DNA from: Bugula neritina
Taxonomy: Eukaryota; Animalia; Bryozoa
Direction: 5' to 3'
Length of the DNA stretch: 64,000 bases
Assembly: GCA_964035545.1 (NCBI GenBank)
Contig: OZ037771.1
Coordinates: 15,409,289 to 15,473,288 of the forward strand
Shown: one piece after another, positions 48,501 to 60,959 of the stretch
Layout: the number at the start of each line of letters is the position of its first letter
Position numbering within the stretch: position 1 is the stretch's first letter
Made by a program: the position numbers and the translations under genes
The notes under the pieces: model-generated
The model's database searches: none
Told to the model about the DNA's origin: nothing
Seen by the model: only the letters and a program-made list of their open reading frames with translations

Positions 48501-49604
48501 CTGTACTCAGTGTACTGGTACATATGCCAAGCTACTGTGTATATGCCAAGTCTCCTAGCCAGTGTTGGCGTATACTGTATATGTCATGGTATGAATATTA
48601 TATTCATGAACTGTGATTACACAAAATATTATTTTTTACCTCAAAACTAACTTACATTGAATGAAGCTGAGTTAATGCAGCACTTATAAGTTTAATTGTA
48701 GTAAAAGTAATGTTTTACCTTTTACTCCTGTTAGACTTAGATCTAATTTCTGAAGGTAAGAGTTGAGCAGTATTGTAACTAAGACTACTCCAGACACCTG
48801 GTTGTACTGAACCTCAGGCTATTGTAGTTGCTAGCTAGTTCCTCTTTTCTCACAGCTAGCAGAGTTGAACAAGAAGAGCAATGCTAGAGTAGAGTATACC
48901 GTCACACCCTAGAGGCATGTCAGTAGAATAACTGCGTTACACCACTTTATCTCCACCAACTCGGCTCTATATAATGGCTATGTTTTTGATTAGATTGTAG
49001 AGCAGGCCACACCCTTCATAATGCATATAGTGTTACAATGGTAGAAACCAAAGCACTGGCACTCCCATGCTATTGAAAGGTCAAAGGGTGGACCCCACCC
49101 CTCACCCTTCTACAGATTACAATAGGCAGCTATAAACATTACTCTGCTGTTGTATAATAGGACTGACAAAGTGAGAGCCTTCTATTACCTGTAATACATA
49201 TTCAACTGCATAAATGCTTCCTTTGTACCAAAACCCCACTTAGCAAACTGCAGTTTCTGGTAGCCTACTGGTGTAAAAACAAGTAACACAGTAATTTCCT
49301 TTCCTTTACTAATTGTCAACCAGTAGGTGGTTTAATTTAACATAACTATATCGATATAAAGAAATCTCAGTCACTGAAATAAATATTTTACTTATTTTTC
49401 GTACAGCAATTGAATAAAGTTTTTCCAGCTTTCCAAGCTTTCACCAGCTACTTGACTGTTGTTCAATATGATCCACACATAGCTTGGCAAGAGTTTAGGT
49501 ATTCCCTGAAGCACTGCTAGTGAATAACATGAATAGCAGCTGTGTCTCAAATTTATTCCAATTAATTTGAATTTTTATTACCAATTAATGCACCAAGCTA
49601 TGGC

Positions 49605-49790
49605 TTCTGTTGATATACCTGCCACATGGTATATCTGTCACATGGTATATCCACTACATGGTGTACACCTGTCACATGTGGTATATCTGTCACATGGTAT
49701 ATCTGTCACATAGTGCGCCTGTCACAGTGGTATACCTGTCACATAGTGTACCTGTCACATAGTGCGCCTGTCACATAGTGTACCTGTGAC
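49605..49790. repeat. Degenerate CTGTCACATRGTRTA repeat
   Basis: Direct. Confidence 0.75.
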
Positions 49791-50484
49791 AAGTACCTTC
49801 AGGTAATAAATTGCCTATGACACAGGAGGTGCTATGCTACAGTATAAGTGAGCTGATGTTAGTTATGTTTGGTTTCAGCATAGGATAATACATTTCTAGA
49901 ATCACTATGACAAAGTTAGTCTGTTTTTACTGCTCTTTAGCCACTGTTCTCATGTCATGTATGCTTTCAGCTGTTCTGTCACATTGTACATTGTGCGTTG
50001 AGGTGAAGTAGAAGCACACAGAGCTAACGCAGCTGAACTTTGACTTGTAGCCAAATATGGAACTAGCTGAGATCAACTCTGAGATTGATACATTGAATGT
50101 AGTTGGTAGTAATAGTTGGGTGGCATTTCTAGCTCAGGGCTGTTATCTAACATCTGATATATCTGAATATGATTTTATTTTAGGATCACAATGACAGCTA
50201 TAAATACTAGAAAACTTCCTTAAACATTACTAAATATAAATATATAACTTATATAACTAAAGAATCACAGCTTTGAAACAAACAAAGTAGACAAATCAAC
50301 TACACTGAGCTAACTAACGCTACTCATTCTCTAAAAATAATCAACTGTTACACAACTAAGCTAAATAAAGGAAAAACTTAATGAGCAAAGCTATTGTTAG
50401 ATAACTGGGGGCTGAGAGATTTAATATGTGATCAGTGTGCATGTAAGGTGAGGTAGCTTTAGCTGATAGAGCTACCCATGTCTA

Positions 50485-50775
50485 AGTGACATGTAGAGCA
50501 GGTGACATGTAGAGTAGGTGACATGTAGAGTAGGTGACATGTAGAGTAAGTGACCTGTAGAGCAGGTGACATGTAGAGTAGGTGACCTGTAGAGTAGGTG
50601 ACATGTAGAGTAGGGGACATGTAGAGTAGGTGACATGTAGAGTAGGTGACATGTAGAGTAGGTGACATGTAGAGTAGGTGACATGTAGAGTAGGTGACAT
50701 GTAGAGTAGGTGACATGTGGAATAGGTGACATGTAGAGTAGGTGACATGTAGAGTAGGTGACATGTGGAATAGGT
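50485..50775. repeat. 16-bp minisatellite (GTGACATGTAGAGTAG)
   Basis: Direct periodicity; downstream of the MICU stop codon. Confidence 0.9.
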
Positions 50776-51106
50776 TAAAAAAGTGCCAGTTTTTAACTCT
50801 TCCAGATGAATAACTCAAAATATAAAATCAAGTTGAACACAACAGTCCTTAAAGGCACATAGAATAGTGCACTATAGTGCCCAGTTTGTAATATTATAGA
50901 TAGTATGATATATTATACTATATATTAAAAGAAATAGCATATTATACTACATAGTATATACGACTCACACAGGTTTGTGTTGTGAATTTAGGGTTGAACT
51001 AGTGCATACTATTACAATGTTAAATTCGGTGCATCATGAATATAAGTGAGATAACTCCAAAGTGTGTTGCAAACAGTCCACAGTAGAACAGCAGGATGAG
51101 GCGTAT

Positions 51107-54100
51107 TCACATACCCCCTCTTTTCACTCTCATCTCATGACGAACACAAGTCTTGAATTTAGGCCAGCCATTTTCCTCCTTAACAAGGTGAGTCTAGAAG
51201 ACAAGTAAGTGGGGCTACAGATTGTATAATGACTGTATACTGACTATATACTGACTATATACTGACTGTATACTGACTGTATACTGACTATATACTGACT
51301 GTATACTGACTGCATACTGACTGCATACTGACTGCATACTGACTGTATACTGACTATTTACTGACTATATACTGACTGTATACTGACTGTATACTGACTG
51401 TATACTGACTATATACTGACTGTATACTGACTGTATACTGACTGTATACTGACTATATACTGACTGTATACTGACTATATACTGACTATATACTGACTAT
51501 ATACTGACTGTATACTGACTGTATACTGACTGTGTACTGACTGTATACTGACTGTATACTGACTATATACTGACTATATACTGACTATATACTGACTATA
51601 TACTGACTACATACTAACTGTATACTGACTGTATACTGACTATATACTGACTATATACTGACTATATACTGACTATATACTGACTATATACTGACTATAT
51701 ACTGACTGTATACTGACTATATACTGACTATATACTGACTATATACTGACTATATACTGACTGTATACTGACTATATACTGACTATATACTAACTGTATA
51801 CTGATTGTATACTAACTATATACTGACTATATACTGACTGCATACTGACTGTATACTGACTATATACTGACTATATACTGTATACATACTGACTATATAC
51901 TGACTATATACTGACTATATACTGACTGTATACTAACTATATACTAACTGACCTTCAGTCCACGCTTCAATCGACTCTTCATAATGGATATAAACTCTTC
52001 TGTAGATAAACTTCCGTCTCCATCCACATCAAATATCGTGTAAACCGAGTCAATCAGTCCCAAAGAGATGTCCTCCCCTCCACATATACTCACTGCTCTT
52101 CGGAATTCTTCTGCAGATACATACAATACATATTGTAATATACTAGTAATATCATATAACATACTAGTAATATTATATAATATACTAGTAATATTATATA
52201 ACATACTAGTAATATTATATAACATACTAGTAATATTATATGTTAACTAGTAATATTATATAACATACTAGTAATATTATATAACATACTAGTAATATTA
52301 TATAATATACTAGTAATATTATATAATATACTAGTAATATTGTATGTTACACTAGTATTACCTTTAGATATAGGCTGATCAGATATATTGTACAGTCTCA
52401 TCATCAGTATAAAGTCATCCATGTGGTTGAGGAAGAGAAAGAAATTCTTGAAGTCTTTGAAATTGATACCCTGAAGGTGAAGGTCACATAATATGTTTAA
52501 AGGTGAAGGTCACATATAATAACTAGTTCAAGATGAACAACTAGGAGAGTATTAGTGGGTACAACCACACACTCTATACTCAGCATCTACACTACCACAA
52601 GCTTCAACATGTTCAATGACTGCATACTGAATATATAATATTATGGTACTGAATATATAGTATTATGGTACTGAATATATAGTATTATGGTACTGAATAT
52701 ATAGTATTATGGTACTGAATATATAGTATTATGGTACTGAATATATAGTATTATGGTACTGAATATATAGTATTATGGTACTGAATATATAGTATTATGG
52801 TACTGAATATATAGTATTATGGTACTGAATATATAGTATTATGGTACTGAATATATAGTATTATGGTACTGAATATATAGTATTATGGTACTGAATATAT
52901 AGTATTATGGTACTGAATATATAGTATTATGGTACTGAATATATAGTATTATGGTACTGAATATATAATATTATGGTACTGAATATATAATATTATGGTA
53001 CTGAATATATAGTATTATGGTACTGAATATATAGTATTATGGTACTGAATATATAGTATTATGGTACTGAATATATAGTATTATGGTACTGAATATATAA
53101 TATTATGGTACTGAATATATAATATTATGGTACTGAATATATAGTATTATGGTACTGAATATATAGTATTATGGTACTGAATATATAGTATTATGGTACT
53201 GAATATATAATATTATGGTACTGAATATATAGTATTATGGTACTGAATATATAGTATTATGGTACTGAATATATAGTATTATGGTACTGAATATATAATA
53301 TTATGGTACTGAATATATAGTATTATGGTACTGAATATATAGTATTATGGTACTGAACATATAATATTATGGTACTGAATATATAGTATTATGGTACTGA
53401 ACATATAATATTATGGTACTGAACATATAATATTATGGTACTGAACATATACGGTGCTGAACATATAATGTGGTGTCAAATTAAATTGACAAGCAGAAAT
53501 AAACATTGAAAACAAAATATTATTAGCATTGTGACAGTAGTAGTTGTGACAGTAGTAGTGGTTTGACCCGAACAACATTGGGCATGGAAGGAAAGGGATA
53601 GAGAGTAATGTAAAATATATAGTGTCCTCCTTTGACGAGAGAAAATCATACCTACTACTACTACATGTAGGCTAACAAAGGTAACTGATAAACAGGAATG
53701 CAACTACACTGGTAATCTAGGACCTGAAGCTAGGGTGAAGGTAACGCTATTGAATACCTTGTGACGTGACGTATCCTACAAGAGTGAGAACAGGGCTTGT
53801 CTAGCTACACATACTATATACACATACTATATACATATACTATACGATATATATCATATAATATATAGTGTCATAGTAATGGAGGTGCCGTAGTATAAAG
53901 GGGCTAGGTTAGGATATGGAAAGGACAACTCTAACTAGCAGTTTTGCTAGCACAACAATGTTGTTACAACTTGACAGCATCTGGTACTGAGGCTAACAAC
54001 ACAGCATCTGGTACTGAGGCTAACAACACAACGTAGAGTATCTGATAGTGAAAGTAAGAAATAAATATAATGGGAGTGAGTTGGACACCGACAGGTGTAG

Positions 54101-57100
54101 GAGGACAGGGCACCTGCTGGAATGTTATATTGCGGGTGAAGGTACAATATTGGTAGTTGTCTTACCTCTGACTCTGTCTATAATATATTACACTATAAGA
54201 GTATATATACTCTAGAGTCTAGACATATTAACTGTATATAATATATTACACCACATGATTATATATACTCTAGACATATTAACTGTATATAATATATTAC
54301 ACTATATGATTATATATACTCTAGACATATTAACTGTATATAATATATTACACCACATGATTATATATACTCTAGACATATTAACTGTATATAATATATT
54401 ACACCACATGATTATATATACTCTAGACATATTAACTGTATATAATATATTACACTATATGATTATATATATTCTATCATATGACATATTAACTGTATAT
54501 AATATATTACACTATATGATTATCAAGTCACACCTGAGCTTTAAGTATCCTGTCCCTAACTCGCACCAGATACTCTTCTATGGAAGACTCGGAGAGGTTG
54601 GTGTACCGCAGCAGTATCCTGGCAAAGTCCTCCTCAGATATGGTGGTGAGTCCCCTAGCGTACTGCTGGAACTCCATGTCCAGTACTTCCTCCTGCAGGT
54701 TCTGTGTGAACCTGAGAACACGTTATACTAACAGTAAAGTAAGACTGTCTGAGTAATTGATGTCTATCTTAAAGCATACAGAGATTAAGAGGTCTTTGGT
54801 TACTTGAACACATCGTGTATGAGGGGAGAGGCAACTCCCAAACTTCCTAATGCAATAATACAGATATTCAGTTACTATAGTACCTTGCAAAGTCTTCATA
54901 TGTTAGTACATCTGTACCCTTAGATCCAAACAAGTGTAGGAGCAGCGTAGTGGGCTGGGCCTGCTGTAACTTCTCATTTTCCTATATAAAAAGTGCCCAT
55001 AGAGGAGACAAGCTAACACTACAGTTTACTGAAATACATCATTAACTGTGTAGTCACTTCATTATTCATAATACTATCTTCATATAATGATACTGGATTG
55101 GTTAATGGCACACAGACACACATCTTAGTGTAGCAAATTTCACAGTAACAGATTTTATTTGAAAAGTCTTAATAAACAAAATCGAATGTTGATAGTTACT
55201 GGAAATGAGATGAAAAAGGAAATGCTTGGCTGCTACAGAAATAGTTATGGCTGAAACAGAAATGGTTATGACTAGAACTCAGGTGAGGGAAACTGAAAGA
55301 TGCAAACAGAAATGGTGACTAGTTACTAGTGCAGTCCCTAACACAGACAGAACTGAGTACAGCTCATCATGTCTACAGTGTGATTCACAGAGGATAGTTT
55401 AAATAGGAGAGGCCGATACAGAACTGTCTGAGCTAGAGCAAGTGTAGTCTGAGTGCCACCTCACTACAGTAAGCCAAACCACTAGAGAGAGTAAGAGGTG
55501 GGACTCAGACTACTGTGTGTTCACACAACATACAATATTCACAGGTTCATAGCTGCTTCCGGCCAGCAAAATCTTCTCCAGCTGTAACAGAAACACAGTA
55601 AGTAGTAAGTAGTAGGTAGTAAGTAGGTAGTAGGTAGCAGGTAGTAAGTAGTAGGTAGTAAGTAGTAGGTAGTAAGTAGTAAGTAGTAGGTAGTAAGTAG
55701 TAGGTAGTAGAGTAGTAAGTAGTAAGTAGTAGGTAGTAAGTAGTAGGTAGTAAGTAGTAGGTAGTAAGTAGTAGGTAGTAAGTAGTAGGTAGTAAGTAGT
55801 AAGTAGTAGGTAGTAAGTAGTAAGTAGTAGTAGCAAGTAGCAGGTAGTAAGTAGTAAGTAGTAGGTAGTAAGTAGTAGGTAGTAGGTAGCAAGTAGTAGG
55901 TAGTAAGTAGTAGGTAGTAAGTAGTAAGTAGTAGGTAGTAGGTAGTAAGTAGTAAGTAGTAGGTAGTAAGTAGTAAGTAGTAAGTAGTAGATAGTAAGTA
56001 GTAGGTAGTAAGTAGTAGGTAGTAAGTAGTAAGTAGTAGGTAGTAAGTAGTAGGTAGTAGTAGTAGTAGTAGGTAGTAAGTAGTAAGTAGTAGGTAGTAG
56101 GTAGTAAGTAGTAGGTAGTAGGTAGTAAGTAGTAGGTAGTAAGTAGTAAGTAGTAAGTAGTAGGTAGTAGGTAGTAAGTAGTAGGTAGTAGGTAGTAAGT
56201 AGTAGGTAGTAAGTAGTAAGTAGTAGGTAGTAGGTAGTAAGTAGTAGGTAGTAAGTAGTAAGTAGTAGGTAGTAGGTAGTAAGTAGTAGGTAGTAGGTAG
56301 TAAGTAGTAGGTAGTAGGTAGTAAGTAGCAGGTAGTAGGTAGTAAGTAGTAAGTAGTAAGTAGTAGGTAGTAAATAGTAAGTAGTAGGTAGTAGGTAGTA
56401 AGTAGTAGGTAGTAGTAGTAGTTAGTAGGTAGTAAGTAGTAGGTAGTAGGTAGTAGGTAGTATGTAGTAGGTAGTATGTAGTAGGTAGTAGGTAGTTAGT
56501 AAGTAGTAAGTAGTAGGTAGTAGGTAGTAAGTAGTAGGTAGTAGGTAGTAAGTAGTAGGTAGTAAGTAGTAAGTAGTAAGTAGTAGGTAGTAGGTAGTAA
56601 GTAGTAGGTAGTAGGTAGTAAGTAGTAGGTAGTAAGTAGTAAGTAGTAGGTAGTAGGTAGTAAGTAGTAGGTAGTAAGTAGTAAGTAGTAGGTAGTAGGT
56701 AGTAAGTAGTAGGTAGTAGGTAGTAAGTAGTAGGTAGTAGGTAGTAAGTAGCAGGTAGTAGGTAGTAAGTAGTAAGTAGTAAGTAGTAGGTAGTAAATAG
56801 TAAGTAGTAGGTAGTAGGTAGTAAGTAGTAGGTAGTAGTAGTAGTTAGTAGGTAGTAAGTAGTAGGTAGTAGGTAGTAGGTAGTATGTAGTAGGTAGTAT
56901 GTAGTAGGTAGTAGGTAGTTAGTAAGTAGTAAGTAGTAGGTAGTAGGTAGTAAGTAGTAGGTAGTAGGTAGTAAGTAGTAGGTAGTAAGTAGTAGGTAGT
57001 AAGTAGTAGGTAGTAGGTAGTAGGTAGTAAGTAGTAGGTAGTAAGTAGTAGGTAGTAGTAGTAGTAGTAGGTAGTAAGTAGTAGGTAGTAGGTAGTAAGT

Positions 57101-60100
57101 AGTAGGTAGTAGGTAGTAAGTAGTAGGTAGTAAGTAGTAAGTAGTAAGTAGTAGGTAGTAGGTAGTAAGTAGTAGGTAGTAGGTAGTAAGTAGTAGGTAG
57201 TAAGTAGTAAGTAGTAGGTAGTAGGTAGTAAGTAGTAGGTAGTAAGTAGTAAGTAGTAGGTAGTAGGTAGTAAGTAGTAGGTAGTAGGTAGTAAGTAGTA
57301 GGTAGTAGGTAGTAAGTAGCAGGTAGTAGGTAGTAAGTAGTAAGTAGTAGGTAGTAAGTAGTAAGTAGTAGGTAGTAGGTAGTAAGTAGTAGGTAGTAGT
57401 AGTAGTTAGTAGGTAGTAAGTAGTAGGTAGTAGGTAGTAGGTAGTAGGTAGTAGGTAGTAGGTAGTAGGTAGTATGTAGTAGGTAGTAGGTAGTAGGTAG
57501 TTAGTAAGTAGTAAGTAGTAAGTAGTAGGTAGTAAGTAGTAGGTAGTAGGTAGTAGGTAGTATGTAGTAGGTAGTATGTAGTAGGTAGTAGGTAGTTAGT
57601 AAGTAGTAAGTAGTAGGTAGTAGGTAGTAAGTAGTAGGTAGTAGGTAGTAAGTAGTAGGTAGTAAGTAGTAAGTAGTAAGTAGTAGGTAGTAGGTAGTAA
57701 GTAGTAGGTAGTAGGTAGTAAGTAGTAGGTAGTAAGTAGTAAGTAGTAGGTAGTAGGTAGTAAGTAGTAGGTAGTAAGTAGTAAGTAGTAGGTAGTAGGT
57801 AGTAAGTAGTAGGTAGTAAGTAGTAAGTAGTAGGTAGTAGGTAGTAAGTAGTAGGTAGTAAGTAGTAAGTAGTAGGTAGTAGGTAGTAAGTAGTAGGTAG
57901 TAGGTAGTAAGTAGTAGGTAGTAGGTAGTAAGTAGCAGGTAGTAGGTAGTAAGTAGTAAGTAGTAAGTAGTAGGTAGTAAATAGTAAGTAGTAGGTAGTA
58001 GGTAGTAAGTAGTAGGTAGTAGTAGTAGTTAGTAGGTAGTAAGTAGTAGGTAGTAGGTAGTAGGTAGTATGTAGTAGGTAGTATGTAGTAGGTAGTAGGT
58101 AGTTAGTAAGTAGTAAGTAGTAGGTAGTAGGTAGTAAGTAGTAGGTAGTAGGTAGTAAGTAGTAGGTAGTAAGTAGTAGGTAGTAAGTAGTAGGTAGTAG
58201 GTAGTAGGTAGTAAGTAGTAGGTAGTAAGTAGTAGGTAGTAGTAGTAGTAGTAGGTAGTAAGTAGTAGGTAGTAGGTAGTAAGTAGTAGGTAGTAGGTAG
58301 TAAGTAGTAGGTAGTAAGTAGTAAGTAGTAAGTAGTAGGTAGTAGGTAGTAAGTAGTAGGTAGTAGGTAGTAAGTAGTAGGTAGTAAGTAGTAAGTAGTA
58401 GGTAGTAGGTAGTAAGTAGTAGGTAGTAAGTAGTAAGTAGTAGGTAGTAGGTAGTAAGTAGTAGGTAGTAGGTAGTAAGTAGTAGGTAGTAGGTAGTAAG
58501 TAGCAGGTAGTAGGTAGTAAGTAGTAAGTAGTAGGTAGTAAGTAGTAAGTAGTAGGTAGTAGGTAGTAAGTAGTAGGTAGTAGTAGTAGTTAGTAGGTAG
58601 TAAGTAGTAGGTAGTAGGTAGTAGGTAGTAGGTAGTAGGTAGTAGGTAGTAGGTAGTATGTAGTAGGTAGTAGGTAGTAGGTAGTTAGTAAGTAGTAAGT
58701 AGTAAGTAGTAGGTAGTAAGTAGTAGGTAGTAGGTAGTAGGTAGTAAGTAGTAGGTAGTAAGTAGTAGGTAGTAAGTAGTAGGTAGTAGGTAGTAGGTAG
58801 TAAGTAGTAGGTAGTAAGTAGTAGGTAGTAGGTAGTAAGTAGTAGGTAGTAAGTAGTAAGTAGTAGGTAGTAGGTAGTAGTAGTAGATAGTAAGTAGCAG
58901 GTAGTAGGTAGTAAGTAGTAGGTAGTAAGTAGTAGGTAGTAAGTAGTAAGTAGTAAGTAGTAAGTAGTAAGTAGTAGGTAGTAAGTAGTGTGCAAGGTGC
59001 AATGTGATAGTCTCAGGACCATATTCTCGGCACAGTTTCATGGGGGGGGACGAGTCGGTATGCGCCAGTCAGTCTACTCCATCAGACCAGATAACATCCT
59101 CAAGAGAACAAAAAGGATTAAGAGTTTGTGACGAGAGCTGAGAGAGGTTGAGGGACCAACGAGGTCTACAACTCAGTACGAAATGAGATCGCAACTTTGC
59201 AACAAAACTCACGACAGCAAAATTCAGGTGCTCCTTCCAACATAACCTCAACAAATGTGCATGCAGTCCATATGCTGTAGAAAGAACATGTTAGTACTCG
59301 CAGCATTTGACGGCAGCGCATCTTTATCACCAGCAGTGCGTTATAATAGCTGGCAGCACGTAAGGATAACCAGCAGCAGCGCGTAAGGATAACCAGCAGC
59401 GCGTAAGGATAATCGCACACACAAGAGCATACAGCCAACTGTTAACTCGGTAGAACAGGTTCAACATGCCCTCAAGAACTCGTAACATAATGCAATAAGT
59501 ACACCTCCATGTTATACCTTAAACCTTTGCAGGCCCTCTCTCTGTGAAATCAACAATAACATTATTAGAACAGGATGAGAAGCGAGAGATATTCGGAGTT
59601 GTTTTACTTTGAGAAATATAAGCACAAGAGAAGACAAATCCCAACACATAACTGGATGTATGCACAAAGTACAATTGTGGTGTGGAAGGTAGACAAGATG
59701 AAACATTTAAACAATCGTTAGAGCTGAGGCTGTGACTAGACACAAGTATGCTGTATACTGGGAGTGAGACTAGGTTAGTGGGAGTGAGGCTAGGGTAGTG
59801 GAGGTGAGGCTAGGTTAGTGGAAGTGAGGCTAGGTTAGTGGAAGTGAGGCTAGGTTAGTGGAAGTGAGGCTAGGTTAGTGGAGGTGAGGCTAGGGTAGTG
59901 GAAGTGAGGCTAGGTTAGTGGAAGTGAGGCTAAGTTAGTGGGAGTGAGGCTAGGTTAGTGGAAGTGAGGCTAGGGTAGTGGAAGTGAGGCTAGGTTAGTG
60001 GAAGTGAGGCTAGGGTAGTGGAAGTGAGGCTAGGGTAGTGGAAGTGAGGCTATGCAGGTGTAAGCAGAGTTACATACTGTAGATGGTACAGAGTATACAG

Positions 60101-60959
60101 CCCTGGGCAGATCTGAAGCCTTCACACTGTCTTCAGTGGAGATGAGCTTCTTGGCATTTTTCCTTTGAGAGAAAAGTTTGGTGAGCTGAAAGTAAGAGTA
60201 TAATGTAGAGTGTAGCCTGAGAGATATATAGCCTGTGGAACAACAAATCATATAAATTGTGATAACAGTACTGTAGAATTATCCAGCATAGTGTTAGCAC
60301 AGCTGCAGTAAGTATATTTTACACACACACAGCACTGTCAACTACCAACAATGGAGCAACATTAGCATGTGGAAGGACAACTCTACAAGTTACCATACTC
60401 CTTGCCCTACAACTTCAAATACTGACGACTCTATGTCATCATAAATACTTCTTCTACTTTGTCAATTCCTACAACTAGCAGTGAAATACCACAACTCGGC
60501 TTATAGGGGAAGACAAATCTGAAATATAAAATAGTTGAAAAGAAACTTGTACATTTTCCACAGCTCCCATAAACATAAATGTCTATAAATATGCACAGAT
60601 ATACAAAACACGGTTAGGACAAGGAAGGATGAGAGAGTAATGATGAAATAGGATAAACAATACAGAGCACCAGTGTGAAGGCGCTGTTTCATATCAGATG
60701 GCATAGTGTTGGGTCAGCTTTGTTTACATCTCATGTATTCATACTAGAGTCTCACGTGTTCCTGCTAACAGTAGCATCTGACACACATAAGGGGGGAGGA
60801 TACTGTCACCCCACATGGCAGTGAAGCTCCGAGAGCTATGAGAACGACCTTGAGCCGGCAGAGGTCATCTACTCACCACTTTAAACTCATCCACGTCAAC
60901 CTTCCTGTTACCGTCGATGTCGAACATGTTGAAGGCAATCTCGAAACCACTCTTTGGCT
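51107..60959 (-). CDS. MICU3: Mitochondrial calcium uptake protein MICU2/3 family, 3' half (5' exons beyond window end)
   Basis: Exons 60959-60877 (PKSGFEIAFNMFDIDGNRKVDVDEFKV), 55581-55543 (LEKILLAGSSYEP), 54981-54884 (PTTLLLHLFG..TYEDFAR), 54711-54534 (FTQNLQEEVLDMEF..ISEEDFARILLRYT), 52470-52362, 52110-51953 (EFRRAV..IFDVDGDGSLSTEEF), 51193-51107 (..WPKFKTCVRHEM..*). All phases are consistent. Confidence 0.9.
51228..51950. repeat. 11-bp minisatellite (TATACTGACTR), ~65 copies
   Basis: Fills the last MICU intron up to the donor. Confidence 0.95.
52135..52358. repeat. 21-bp minisatellite (TACTAGTAATATTATATAAYA)
   Basis: Fills the intron up to the donor. Confidence 0.9.
52625..53450. repeat. 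22-bp minisatellite (ATGGTACTGAATATATAGTATT), ~37 copies
   Basis: Direct periodicity. Confidence 0.95.
53758..53775 (-). CDS. Candidate 18-nt MICU microexon (DTSRHK)
   Basis: ccctgttctcactcttgtag|GATACGTCACGTCACAAG|gtattc, phase 0-0, good pyrimidine tract. Confidence 0.45.
54166..54177 (-). CDS. Candidate 12-nt MICU microexon (TESE)
   Basis: attatag|ACAGAGTCAGAG|gtaaga, phase 0-0. Confidence 0.35.
54174..54522. repeat. 51-bp minisatellite, ~7 copies
   Basis: TCTAGACATATTAACTGTATATAATATATTACACYAYATGATTATATATAC. Confidence 0.9.
55598..58988. repeat. 3.4-kb TAGTAGG/TAGTAAG heptamer satellite with higher-order duplications
   Basis: Direct; marker variants recur at 423- and 1184-bp spacing. 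Confidence 0.95.
59518..59541 (-). CDS. Candidate 24-nt MICU microexon (REGLQRFK)
   Basis: atttcacag|AGAGAGGGCCTGCAAAGGTTTAAG|gtataa, phase 0-0. Confidence 0.5.
59765..60052. repeat. 20-bp minisatellite (GAAGTGAGGCTAGGKTAGTG)
   Basis: Direct periodicity. Confidence 0.9.
60078..60185 (-). CDS. Candidate alternative MICU exon (LTKLFSQRKNAKK...)
   Basis: actttcag| acceptor, phase 0-0, donor |gtatgt at 60077 (alternative |gtatac at 60098); begins LTKLFS, resembling the LEKIL exon at 55581. Confidence 0.5.

Noticed and set aside
55598-58988. Telomeric repeat / interstitial telomere
   Set aside because: Units are TAGTAGG/TAGTAAG, not TTAGGG or TTAGG, and the array is intronic.
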